The notes under the pieces are model-generated. The model was not told the origin of the DNA. It saw nothing but the letters and a program-made list of their open reading frames with translations, and searched no databases. A program made the translations under genes and the position numbers. Positions 28,093 through 37,490 of a stretch of 64,000 nucleotides of DNA are shown here, piece by piece (position 1 is the first letter of the stretch; every line of letters starts with the position of its first letter). The stretch is from a bacterium (GTDB lineage Bacteria; Zhuqueibacterota; Zhuqueibacteria; Zhuqueibacterales; Zhuqueibacteraceae). Location: NCBI GenBank assembly GCA_044869275.1, contig JBIOXB010000217.1, positions 10,095 through 74,094 of the forward strand, in the 5' to 3' direction.

Positions 28093-29210
28093 GGTCGCAC
28101 CACCGGGGTTATTGAGCCGCGGCCTTCGCGCGTGAGGCTGAAGCTTTGTTTATACTCTCCGCGCTTGAGGCGGTGCGTCACCTCTTTTACATAATAAATG
28201 CCGCCGTAGCTTCCGCCCACCCCGCGCACCCCCACCAATCGCCGCGGCTGCAGCACACGGCCGTAACGCACCGCATCGATTTCGCCGGTGGCGGTCACGG
28301 CATCCGAGGATTGGCTGGCGGAAGACACGCCGCGCAATGCGGCTTGTGCCGGATTGCGATTCGCCGTGTTACGCGCCAGCGTGCTGCGCAATGAGCGCGC
28401 GGGCCGGCTCACCAGCGGCGGCCACAAGCCACCACCGGACGGGATTGGAATCGGAATCGCCAGTTTCGTGAACGGCTCGACAATCGTCACCTCCGGATCC
28501 GCCGGGCCGAGCGCATTGAAGCGAAAGCTGAGGGGATTGTCCACGTTCGTGTCTGCGCCCATGTTCATGGTCAAGGCCGGCTGCGGCAGGCCCAGACGGT
28601 TGTCAATACCCCAATACGCGATATTGGTGCCGGGCACCGGCCCGGGCTCGACATAGAAAATGAAGCCGTTGCGCTCCGCCAGCTGCTGAATGAACGCGAG
28701 ATCCGTGCCCTGTTGCGTCGGCACCCGGTCGACTTGAATGGGCACGTCGGTGGTGGGCGTGACTTTGGGAATCAAGCCGAACTGCGCATATTCCGCGAGG
28801 ATTCGCGTGACGATCACCGCATCGGTTTGATTCGGAAACGTGGCATTTTTTTCCCTCAAATCGAGCATCACGCTCACATCTTCACCGGTGACGGCCAGGC
28901 TGGATTCACCGGGCTTGTTGCTGGGCGAGATTTGATGATCCGTAATGATGCCGTCGATCAACACCTGCGGCATGGCGCCAAAAATCACCGTGATGGTGAC
29001 GCGATTCGGCGGATCGAGCAAGCCCGATTTGAGCAAGCCATAGTCGAGCGGCGAGTCCTTGCCCAAGGAGAACTTCATTTGAAAACCGTCGCGCTCGCGA
29101 TCCTTGTTGGTGACTTCGAGCTCGATCAGCGCGTCGATCAAGGCATAAGGCGCGGGCAACGGGATGGTCGGGCCAATCATGAGCTGGAGTCGCACGCCGA
29201 GATCAAGCAT
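28089..29210 (-). CDS. gp27/late-control-D-like hub protein (N-terminal half of split VgrG)
   Basis: Q.GTDLAFIQQLAERNGF, YGGIYYVKEVTH; position between the LysM and gp5 genes. Confidence 0.8.
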   Translation of the reverse strand: MLDLGVRLQLMIGPTIPLPAPYALIDALIELEVTNKDRERDGFQMKFSLGKDSPLDYGLLKSGLLDPPNRVTITVIFGAMPQVLIDGIITDHQISPSNKPGESSLAVTGEDVSVMLDLREKNATFPNQTDAVIVTRILAEYAQFGLIPKVTPTTDVPIQVDRVPTQQGTDLAFIQQLAERNGFIFYVEPGPVPGTNIAYWGIDNRLGLPQPALTMNMGADTNVDNPLSFRFNALGPADPEVTIVEPFTKLAIPIPIPSGGGLWPPLVSRPARSLRSTLARNTANRNPAQAALRGVSSASQSSDAVTATGEIDAVRYGRVLQPRRLVGVRGVGGSYGGIYYVKEVTHRLKRGEYKQSFSLTREGRGSITPVVRP

Positions 29211-29213
29211 GAA

Positions 29214-29507
29214 TCACCTTCCTTGCGGCAACGGGATGTGCAGACGGCGGCCGATCGTTTCAGTCAATTCTTCGGGGTGCATGGCATTGTTCGCGTCACT
29301 CAGCTGCCAAAATTGCTCGGGATCGCCCAGATAGCGCGCTGTAATGTTGTCGAGACGTTCGCCTTGCGCCACGCTGTGCTCGGCCAGTACCAGAGGCTCT
29401 CCGCTCGGCGGCAGAAAACGGCGGCGCAGGTAGACTATTTTCCGGCCATTGGCCTCGGTCAATTCCGCGACCAGAATGTTGAAATAACGGCTGGTTTCGG
29501 GAAACAT
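29214..29507 (-). CDS. LysM/tail-X-like baseplate protein
   Basis: HSVAQGERLDNITARYLGDPEQFWQLSDAN. Confidence 0.85.
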   Translation of the reverse strand: MFPETSRYFNILVAELTEANGRKIVYLRRRFLPPSGEPLVLAEHSVAQGERLDNITARYLGDPEQFWQLSDANNAMHPEELTETIGRRLHIPLPQGR

Positions 29508-29552
29508 AATTCTCCACTGCCAAAATATTCAAAGAAACAAGAATTGCTGGTC

Positions 29553-30209
29553 TCAGAAAAACTTCAACGAGGAGCCCACGGCGCTTGCACCGTTTACCAC
29601 ATTTGATTTGCCCAGAATTTCCTTGGAAATCTGATGCGCGACATACATGCTGTGGCCGGGGTGTGTCGCGCGCAAATCCGCCGAGCTCAACACTTGCAGA
29701 CCCAGCTCGGCTTTCGCGCGAATGGGATTGAGTTTCGTGTCATAAGCCTCCTCGGAGACGCTGAAGCTGGTCAGCCGCACCGGCACCACACGCTGCGGTC
29801 CCCACACAAAAATCGTCAGCGGCGCTTCCGGCGGAACCACCTCCAGGAAGCCCACCTGCGCCAAGGCGGTATTGGCGATGATGGTTTGGCTTTTGGGATA
29901 CAACATGAGCTCGAGCGCAGAAATCGATGCGCCCAAACCCGAGGCGGCTGCCAGAGGGTCCGAGCGCTCGAGCTGATCGGCCGCGTCCATGGTCACGCTC
30001 AAGGTGAGGTTCTCTTTCGGCGGGCCTGATAAGCGAAAGGCTTCGCCGCGGTCACTGCCTTCGCCGCCGCCCGTGGCGCGCGCTTCCAGGCGCCGCGTGA
30101 GGGTGTCCGGATTATATTGGAACACAATCACGTTGGGCACGGGCACCAGGGGATTCATCTCAACCAGCGCACCTTTGAGGATGCGCGGGGAGCCGGGGAA
30201 TGAGGCCAT
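29553..30209 (-). CDS. CIS tube-initiator protein (Afp7 N-terminal-like)
   Basis: VFQYNPDTL, FVWGPQRVVPVRLTSFSVSEEAYD...PIRA. Confidence 0.8.
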   Translation of the reverse strand: MASFPGSPRILKGALVEMNPLVPVPNVIVFQYNPDTLTRRLEARATGGGEGSDRGEAFRLSGPPKENLTLSVTMDAADQLERSDPLAAASGLGASISALELMLYPKSQTIIANTALAQVGFLEVVPPEAPLTIFVWGPQRVVPVRLTSFSVSEEAYDTKLNPIRAKAELGLQVLSSADLRATHPGHSMYVAHQISKEILGKSNVVNGASAVGSSLKFF

Positions 30210-30401
30210 TTATGCTTTCCTCGATTTTAGCATGTTGCTGTAAACTGTATGTGCCAGTGCATTCGCTGATCCTGCCGGCTTTGTTGCACTATCCTTCGTA
30301 TGCACGCGATTCTGCGATGGCGCAGGCCAGAATGCGTTCAATTGAGTTGCCGTTTTCGATTGCGGCTTTGTTGTAATTGGTGTGCTCATAGATATTTCAT
30401 C

Positions 30402-31646
30402 TCAAAATCTCAAGGTTGCGGTTCCGCCAAGGAAAGACTCTTGTTCTTCGCCGGGCAAAGCGCCGGGTCGTCTTTCCAGCGGAGTTCTGGCGCCGAAATC
30501 GAGCTCGAACAGGGGCACTTCACGACACGGCGCTTTGGCTGCTTCGACTGCGGAATGAACGCCGCCAATCGCGGAGACAACGTCGGCCATTCGACTGAGA
30601 TTGCCCGCCTGGGCTTCACCCGGCGCGGGAGGTGGTGCATTCTGCAAATTCAAGATCGCATCGCGCAGCGCCTCACCGGCTCTCTGCAGCGCCGCACGCG
30701 CGGCCAGGGGATTCTGAGCGCGGCAAACCGTGCGTGTGGTTTCAATTCTCAAACCGGCAGAGGCCGTGCGATCACCAACGTCGACGCCGGCGCGCGCGGA
30801 AATGCGAACGTGTGGAATCGCATCAAGTGTGATGGAGAATGAAAAATCACCGGAAGTCCCCGCGCTCAAATTGAAAACGATGGCACGTGAGCCTTGCAAA
30901 GAAACGGGCAGTCTCATGCGCAACGAGCTGGGTAGGTCAACCGTAAATTGTGCCGGTCCGAAATTAAAGCGAAAAGTGGTAAGCTCGCTGAGATTCAATC
31001 CTCCGGACTGTGGCCTTGGCTGGGGCGGCGCGGGCTGTGCTGCCGGCACGCCATTCAATCTCAGCGCCGGTGCGCTTGCCCCGATTGCCGGCAAAGCACC
31101 TTGATGCGTCACCACATTGTTTGCGGCCAGTTGTGCTTCATGCTCATCGGTCGATTCATTTCTCGGCACAGGGCTCACGCCGGTCGCTCCCTGTGCTTGC
31201 TGAACCACGTGGGTCAGTTCATGCGCCAGCAATCTCTTTCCCGAAAGAATATTTGGTGAATATCTTCCTTCTCCAAAGACCACATCTTGTCCTACGGTGT
31301 ACGCCAAAGCATTCACCGCTTTTGCCGATTCCGTCGCTTTGGCATTGGAGTGCACACGCACTCTGCTGAAATCATGCGCAAATCGCGATTCCATAAAAGT
31401 TCGCGTATCCCGATCCAGCGGCTGTCCCGGCGAGTGTAACACCTCCTCCACGATCGGCGGCACGCTCGTTGGCACGGCGCCGTTTGTAGATCGTCTTTGC
31501 AGACGCTTACCGCGGCATTCTTCGCATTCGCCCGCCAACCCAGCCGAGCCGCCGCAAGCACATTTGCGTTGCAGCAGGCCGCGCGGCACGGGTGTGAAAG
31601 AAGAGGGCGTGCTCGGTTTTAACTCGGTTTGAAATTGCGCATTCAC
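30402..31646 (-). CDS. DUF4157 (eCIS core) protein, 414 aa, with unknown C-terminal domain
   Basis: LQRKCACGG...ECEEC leader; SPGQPLD...FAHDFSRVRVH...ALAYTVGQDVVF...LLAHELTHVVQQ. Confidence 0.88.
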   Translation of the reverse strand: MNAQFQTELKPSTPSSFTPVPRGLLQRKCACGGSAGLAGECEECRGKRLQRRSTNGAVPTSVPPIVEEVLHSPGQPLDRDTRTFMESRFAHDFSRVRVHSNAKATESAKAVNALAYTVGQDVVFGEGRYSPNILSGKRLLAHELTHVVQQAQGATGVSPVPRNESTDEHEAQLAANNVVTHQGALPAIGASAPALRLNGVPAAQPAPPQPRPQSGGLNLSELTTFRFNFGPAQFTVDLPSSLRMRLPVSLQGSRAIVFNLSAGTSGDFSFSITLDAIPHVRISARAGVDVGDRTASAGLRIETTRTVCRAQNPLAARAALQRAGEALRDAILNLQNAPPPAPGEAQAGNLSRMADVVSAIGGVHSAVEAAKAPCREVPLFELDFGARTPLERRPGALPGEEQESFLGGTATLRF

Positions 31647-31894
31647 TGCTTCATGCCTCCGAATACCGCTTGGCCGATTTGGGCACCAAGGTTTTCCGCT
31701 GGCGCGTGCGGAGTCACCTGAAACTCGCCGCCATGCAAATGCAAATGATCACCCGCGTGCTGCAATAGAGCGGGCGTGCCCTGCGTGCTCATGAGTCTCG
31801 TCAATTCTTGCATGATGGCGTCTCGAATCAAATAACGATCCGCATAACCAAAGCCGTGGAGCCTGAGCTCTTCAATGTTGATCTCTATGTTCAT
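31643..31894 (-). CDS. small eCIS-associated hypothetical protein
   Basis: MNIEINIEELRLHGF...LGAQIGQAVFG, a pattern seen next to eCIS ATPases; ATGA overlap with the next gene. Confidence 0.75.
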   Translation of the reverse strand: MNIEINIEELRLHGFGYADRYLIRDAIMQELTRLMSTQGTPALLQHAGDHLHLHGGEFQVTPHAPAENLGAQIGQAVFGGMKQ

Positions 31895-31961
31895 ATGCCG
31901 CGTACCAAGTGCGCAAATAGCTCTGCGCGGGTGAACTCACTTATCTGGTCGTCTTCTAAGC

Positions 31962-31999
31962 TACTGATCACTGAACACTGATGACTGAACACTGATTAC
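31962..31999. repeat. heptamer tandem repeat (NACTGAW x5)
   Basis: tactgat cactgaa cactgat gactgaa cactgat tact, directly after the ATPase stop. Confidence 0.85.
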
Positions 32000-34030
32000 T
32001 CACATCCAACCTTTCACTTCCGCTTCGGTCAAGGACTTCTCCATTTTGGCATAATCGCTTCTGGCAGCGCGCAGGATATGTTTCATGCTCACGGCCTCGC
32101 CGGCATCGGCCGCCAAAAATGCGGCATTCAAAGCGGTGTTGCGAATACTGCCGCCGGTGAGGTTGAGGCGCGCGAGCTTTTCGAAGTCCAGGCCCACGGT
32201 CGGGGTGTTGGGCGGAAAGATGCGGCGCCAGATTTGTTCCCGCTGCCCGGCGTCCGGAAATGTAAATGGCACGATGAAACGAATGCGCCGCATGAACGCG
32301 GCATCCAGAGCCTCTTTCATATTGGTGGTCAGTATCGCCAGGCCGCGATATTCTTCCATGCGCTGCAGCAAGTAACTGATTTCGATATTGGCATAACGAT
32401 CGTGGCTGTCTTTGACCTCACTGCGCTTGCCGAACAAGGCATCGGCTTCGTCGAACAACAGGATGGCGCCGCCTTCTTCCGCGGCGTCGAACACCCGGCG
32501 CAGATTTTTTTCGGTCTCACCGATGTATTTGCTCACGACCTGGCTCAGATCGATGCGGTACAAATCCAAATGCAGCGTGTTGGCAAGCACTTCAGCCGCC
32601 ATGGTCTTGCCCGTGCCGCTGGCGCCGGCGAACAAGGCGCTGATGCCCAACCCGCGCGCGCCCTTGGAACTGAATCCCCAGGACTCGTAAACTTTCGCGC
32701 GCTGGCGCACGTGCGCCGCAATATCGCGCAGGATTTGCAGCTGCAATTGCGGCAGCACCAGATCTTCCCATAGGGCTGCCGGCACAATGCGCTGCGCCAG
32801 TTCCGCCAGCCGCGGCCGCGCGTGCATGCGGCAGGCTTCCCACAACCTTTGCGAAAACCGAGGATCGAGGGTCAAAGCTCGAGGATCGCGCTCTTCGCTC
32901 TTCGATCCTCGAGCTTCGACCCTGAGCCGCGCTTCGGCCACGGCACTTTGAATCATTCTGGAGCTGAAACTGAATTGCGAGACCAGCGCGTCCAAATGCG
33001 CGCTTAGAGCCGGCGCGGCATCCCCCAGAGTTTTTTGCCACAACACGCGCTGCTCGCCCGCCGTCGGGCGCAGCACCTCGAACGTCACCACGCCGCGATG
33101 AAACTGGCTGCGGCGCTCGCGGCTCGCCAGCATGAGGGGTGCAAAGGTGAAATCCACAAAACGCTGAATCGCGTTTTTGCGCAATGCCTCGGCGCTTTCG
33201 ATTTCGTCGCTCTCCAGCAACAGCGCGCAGTTCTGCAGCGCCGACTCGCGCTCCCACAGCCGCATCAGGGTTTCCAGCTCGCTGGCATGAGTCGGGATCA
33301 TTTGCGCCGGCATGATCTTGAGGGGCAAGCCGAGCCGGGCACATCCCGCGGCAGCCACCGCGCGCTTCGCTGAGGGATCGGCACCGCATAATTGCACCAC
33401 CGGCCAGTCCGCCAAATTCTTCGAAGCAGACCAGGCCCTGACGATGCTTTCCGCCAGTTTATCATGCGAAGGAACGAGTGCTTCCTCCGCGCCGGCCTCC
33501 TCCAGCAATCCTTGCAGGCGTTCATCTGCATGAAACACGCCAGCAAGATAATGCAAGACTCGTTCATCCAGGCGCAGCGCGCTTTGCGTCAAGCTTCCGC
33601 TGCTGCCGACCTCCAGCAGGCGCCAGCGCCGCAAAGGCGCTACCGGTGTGATCGCACTCCAATGCGCCTCCGGCAGCGCAGCCAGCGCCAGGCCAAAAGT
33701 GGGATAGGCGCGATGCGCGTCTCCGTGCGCTTGCGCGCAGAGCCCGGCGAAATGGGCATCGAATTCCAGGCCGGCGCACAGGAGCAGTACTTGACGCTCA
33801 AAAGCAGAGAGGCCGAATTTCGCGCTCAACGTCTCCACCGCCGCAGGCGCGGGCATCGCGGCCGCCGCGAGCTGCAATTCCGCTTGCGCTTCGGTTTCCG
33901 CTTGTCCAGGCTCGGATTTTCCTTGCGCGCGTGCGAGGTAATTTTCCAGTGCGACACGCAGCACGGCCAGCGCAGCAGTTAAGTATCGTTGATTCGCTTC
34001 TTGCCATCCACTCATCGCCTGCGTTCTCAT
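32000..34030 (-). CDS. AAA+ ATPase (Afp15/Pvc15-like)
   Basis: Walker A GASGTGKT, VVSKYIGETEKNL, Walker B LLFDEAD, DSHDRYAN, LDAAFMRR. Confidence 0.95.
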   Translation of the reverse strand: MRTQAMSGWQEANQRYLTAALAVLRVALENYLARAQGKSEPGQAETEAQAELQLAAAAMPAPAAVETLSAKFGLSAFERQVLLLCAGLEFDAHFAGLCAQAHGDAHRAYPTFGLALAALPEAHWSAITPVAPLRRWRLLEVGSSGSLTQSALRLDERVLHYLAGVFHADERLQGLLEEAGAEEALVPSHDKLAESIVRAWSASKNLADWPVVQLCGADPSAKRAVAAAGCARLGLPLKIMPAQMIPTHASELETLMRLWERESALQNCALLLESDEIESAEALRKNAIQRFVDFTFAPLMLASRERRSQFHRGVVTFEVLRPTAGEQRVLWQKTLGDAAPALSAHLDALVSQFSFSSRMIQSAVAEARLRVEARGSKSEERDPRALTLDPRFSQRLWEACRMHARPRLAELAQRIVPAALWEDLVLPQLQLQILRDIAAHVRQRAKVYESWGFSSKGARGLGISALFAGASGTGKTMAAEVLANTLHLDLYRIDLSQVVSKYIGETEKNLRRVFDAAEEGGAILLFDEADALFGKRSEVKDSHDRYANIEISYLLQRMEEYRGLAILTTNMKEALDAAFMRRIRFIVPFTFPDAGQREQIWRRIFPPNTPTVGLDFEKLARLNLTGGSIRNTALNAAFLAADAGEAVSMKHILRAARSDYAKMEKSLTEAEVKGWM

Positions 34031-34031
34031 T

Positions 34032-35579
34032 TCAGGCCGACACCGTCCGGCTCTTGCTCAAGATGCTATTGGCCGAATCGAAAGTATAGCCTGTCTTTTC
34101 GATGTTCGTAACTGTCAAAACATAAACGCCGAAACCGTCGATCGCTTCGAACCAAGCGTAGCCGTTCTCGTCGGTGTGATCGGTTTGATCTTCGCGCGTG
34201 CCGTCCGGGAATGTCCATTGCGCCGAAACCAGTGCGTTTTGCATGCGCGCGCCGGTGCGATCCTTGACGGTGACGCGTGCCGGCACCCTCGCCTGGGGGC
34301 CTTCCACCTGAACGTTTTCAAACGAAATATCATCGGAAATCAGCGGATTGCCGGGCACCTCCAGCGTTTTGAACGGAACGCTGCCGGCTTGATCGAAGTA
34401 GAAGCCCGGCTTGGATACTTCTTTTATCGACAGAACATAGGTGCCGCGCTGCTCGCTGGAGAACTCCAGCCAGGCATAGCCGTTGCCATCAGTGTGGTCG
34501 TCGGTTTGCAAATGTTTGCTGGCATCAGGAGATGTCCATTCCACCGTCACGGCAGCGCCCTCCACGCGCGCGCCGGTGCGATCTTTGATCGTAACCCGGC
34601 CGCGAATGTCTACGGAGCTGCCGCGATCGTCGAACTCGAAGTAAATGTCATCTGCGATCAATGGCTCGCCGGGCGCGACAATGCTCTGGCGCAGTACGCT
34701 GTTATTCGCATCGAAGGTGAAGCCGGTTTTGGCAACTCCGGTGACATTCAAGGTATAGGAACCGGGGCCGTTGGTGGCCGTGAACGCCGCCTCTCCCGCG
34801 CTATCCGTCGGCGCCGTTTGGTTGTGCGGCACGGAGACACCGGGTAGATTCCAAAACCCGGCCACGACTGCGCCGGGCACGGGATTCTGGTTGTCGTCCA
34901 CCACCATGACGCGCGCGCGAATGCTAAATTGATCGTTGAGCGGTGTGACCTCGAAGTCGATCCGGGTGGTGCGCATGCGATTGAGTGCCGGGACGATGAT
35001 GGTCGCTTCCAGGCGACTGTGCTCATGATCGAAAACATAACCCGCTTTATTGATGGTATTGATGTGGAAAACGTAGGCGCCTCGCCCGTTGGGGAGCGAG
35101 AAGCGGACAATGCCACCAGGGTCTGTTGCTTGGGATTGATTTTGCGTGGAGCCTTCCGGCAAGGTCCAAAGGGCTGCCACTTGCGCGCCAGGCACCGTCA
35201 CATTGTTTTGATCCTTCACCGTAACTGCGCTCTGCACCGTGATCGCGCTGCCCTCGCCGGTAAAGGTCAATTGAATGTTCGTGGCGATCAAGCGGCTGGG
35301 CGGAGGCGCTGCTCCGATTCTCAGCTTGAGCGTTTTCGGTTTCTTCGTCTCCGAATCGAGAGACACGCTTTCAACCTCATCGACCTGCAAGCGCACTACA
35401 TACTCCCCCGGTGCAACATCACTAACGGGAATTTCGATCGGCCGGCCGGCAACCGGCGGCAGGGCGGGGAAGCGATAGAAGCGCGGCGGCTGGCTGGCGT
35501 CAGATGAAACTTCATTGAGCAACAATACAATACGTTGCTGCACCGTGGCTTGGGGGTTTAGATTTATGAGTATTTTCAT
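34032..35579 (-). CDS. C-terminal continuation of the DUF4255 protein with four Ig-like repeats
   Basis: Four ~105-aa repeats V.V.D....V.GA.V...W..P...TD..G...F...G.Y.L....K.G..FD...S; ATG 1 nt after the upstream stop. Confidence 0.75.
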   Translation of the reverse strand: MKILINLNPQATVQQRIVLLLNEVSSDASQPPRFYRFPALPPVAGRPIEIPVSDVAPGEYVVRLQVDEVESVSLDSETKKPKTLKLRIGAAPPPSRLIATNIQLTFTGEGSAITVQSAVTVKDQNNVTVPGAQVAALWTLPEGSTQNQSQATDPGGIVRFSLPNGRGAYVFHINTINKAGYVFDHEHSRLEATIIVPALNRMRTTRIDFEVTPLNDQFSIRARVMVVDDNQNPVPGAVVAGFWNLPGVSVPHNQTAPTDSAGEAAFTATNGPGSYTLNVTGVAKTGFTFDANNSVLRQSIVAPGEPLIADDIYFEFDDRGSSVDIRGRVTIKDRTGARVEGAAVTVEWTSPDASKHLQTDDHTDGNGYAWLEFSSEQRGTYVLSIKEVSKPGFYFDQAGSVPFKTLEVPGNPLISDDISFENVQVEGPQARVPARVTVKDRTGARMQNALVSAQWTFPDGTREDQTDHTDENGYAWFEAIDGFGVYVLTVTNIEKTGYTFDSANSILSKSRTVSA

Positions 35580-35580
35580 T

Positions 35581-36573
35581 TCATTCCCCTACCATAGCCG
35601 ACTGCAACTCGGGCCGAAGTATGAAAGCGGCGAGATTCGATTCCAGCACGTGATGCGGCTCGTTATTGGGCGGAAATAGAATCGAATGCACAATCTGGAC
35701 AACGTGCCGGCCGGTTTGCAACTGTCCCTTCAACGTAGTGGCGTCCAGGTTGAATTTGATTCGCGTGTCGTTGAACTCTACAAACAAGTCCGAGGGAATG
35801 ACCTCAGTGTTGAAACGCACAAAAGTGGTGTCGCGCCGCAGCCCTTGGCCGGACAGAACCAAAATATCTCCGGCGACGATGGGTTGGTTTTCCAGCGCCT
35901 CCGCCTGCGGGCCCTTTTGCGAGAGAATTTTGTCAATCACCGGCGGCATGTCCGTGCCATGCACGTTGCGTTCCAACACCGGCACGGCCGCGCGCGGCGC
36001 CTCTTTGCCTTCGATCAAAACCACCGAGGCTTGATAGGCGATGGAAATGCGGTAGGCGGTTTGAAAAAACACCGACCACAATTTCGACAGCTCCTCCAAA
36101 TTCAAAACGATGGGAGAGAATTTGACGCGCTCGGGCTGCTCAGCCAGGTTCGAGGGAGTGAGAAAATGATCCGGGTTTCCGCCCGTGACGGCGGCGAGCG
36201 CGCCCACAATGTCTTGGCGCGTCAGCACCGCGTGGGCCTGCAGCGTGCGCAGCACACTGCCGAGCAGGCGCTGCGGCACCCATTCATTCTCATTGCCGAA
36301 AAACGTCAAGAGATAATGCAAATCCAGAGCGGCTTGCGCGCGTTTCACGACTTGACCTTCGCTGTCCCGCGTCGGCAAATCTGCGTTGCGATATGCCGCG
36401 TTGGGCGTGACCTGGTACAAATAGAGATTGACCACCGGTTGCGCCAGCCCGCTTTCCAAATCTTCCGGCCTTTCCGTTCTGACGTCTGCGCCCGTGACGT
36501 CTTCTCGTACCGCGCGGCGCAAAAGATCTGCGAGACTCGCCGTGACCGTGGCAATCGCCAAAAAATTGCTCAT
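35581..36573 (-). CDS. DUF4255/Pvc16 tail terminator (cap) protein
   Basis: MSNFLAIATVT, VNLYLYQV.PNAAYRN, LDLHYLLT, LEELSKLWS, SIAYQASVVLIE. Confidence 0.9.
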   Translation of the reverse strand: MSNFLAIATVTASLADLLRRAVREDVTGADVRTERPEDLESGLAQPVVNLYLYQVTPNAAYRNADLPTRDSEGQVVKRAQAALDLHYLLTFFGNENEWVPQRLLGSVLRTLQAHAVLTRQDIVGALAAVTGGNPDHFLTPSNLAEQPERVKFSPIVLNLEELSKLWSVFFQTAYRISIAYQASVVLIEGKEAPRAAVPVLERNVHGTDMPPVIDKILSQKGPQAEALENQPIVAGDILVLSGQGLRRDTTFVRFNTEVIPSDLFVEFNDTRIKFNLDATTLKGQLQTGRHVVQIVHSILFPPNNEPHHVLESNLAAFILRPELQSAMVGE

Positions 36574-37490
36574 CGCCGCCCTCCTTGGCGTTGCTTCAAG
36601 TAGTCTTCTAATGAAAGCCGCGGACTTGGTGGAGTCCGCTTGCGGGCGACAGGCTCGGGCGGAATGACGGCCCGCACTTCGATGCGGCCGATGTTCACTC
36701 GAATCGTGGGCGCGGGTTGGGAGACAGGCGCAGAAACGTCCTCCGTAACTGCCGGCGAAGTTCTGTCAAGAAAGGAGGGCATGACCAGGGGTTCAAAAGA
36801 TGCCTTCGCTGCCGGAGTTCGGGCCGTCTCAAATGGGTTTGTCGTTGGGGCTTGCACAGGCATCACCGCGATCGCGTCTCCGCGCTGGCCGGCAGTCACC
36901 GTTGGAAGCGGTTGATTTGGTGAAGCCGTTACCTCGGAGAAAGATTCGAGCGTTGCTGTTCTTGTATTAACCGAAGCAAGCGCCGCCAGTGCAGCTGGCT
37001 TCGCAGCAGCAGAACGGGCGTGATCGCGAAGCGTATCTGAAAACGTATGCGCCGGTAAATGCTCTTCGTTTGCTTGCCGCTCTTCAGGTGAGGTTGGCTG
37101 CTGTGAAGCGCTTCGAGACGAGGCCGCATCTGTCAGGTCCTGCGCTGCGGTTCGATTTCGTGCCGGTGTTAAAATGGACTGAGGGGCAGCCGTTGTTGGC
37201 CTTGCCAAATTCTGCAAGGCATCAAATCCCGCCCCACGGTTTTCGCCTTTCGCCGTTTTCATGCGGAGTTCAGGCTCAGGCGCTGGTGACGGTGCTGGCG
37301 TTCTCGCGGGCACTTCCATTTCCATCTCTTGCCATGGCGGCTCGTCACTGGGAAGATCGCTGGGGCTGCGCAGAAATGTCGCCTCTGCAACGGGCGAGTA
37401 CGGCGAGCCAAACATCGGCGCGAAGCGAGGTTGTATCGTCCGGGCGGGCGTCATCGTTCTGGAGACCAAATTGCTCAGAAAGTCGCTCAT
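36570..37490 (-). CDS. low-complexity eCIS-associated protein with conserved termini
   Basis: Start at MSDFLSNL (ATG 37490, ATGA overlap); C-terminal PTIRVNIGRIEVRA...LSLEDYL. Confidence 0.7.
   Translation of the reverse strand: MSDFLSNLVSRTMTPARTIQPRFAPMFGSPYSPVAEATFLRSPSDLPSDEPPWQEMEMEVPARTPAPSPAPEPELRMKTAKGENRGAGFDALQNLARPTTAAPQSILTPARNRTAAQDLTDAASSRSASQQPTSPEERQANEEHLPAHTFSDTLRDHARSAAAKPAALAALASVNTRTATLESFSEVTASPNQPLPTVTAGQRGDAIAVMPVQAPTTNPFETARTPAAKASFEPLVMPSFLDRTSPAVTEDVSAPVSQPAPTIRVNIGRIEVRAVIPPEPVARKRTPPSPRLSLEDYLKQRQGGRR

Noticed and set aside
30240..30256. Internal sigma54 promoter (minus strand TGGCACATACAGTTTA) before the CIS tube gene
   Set aside because: No GC at -12
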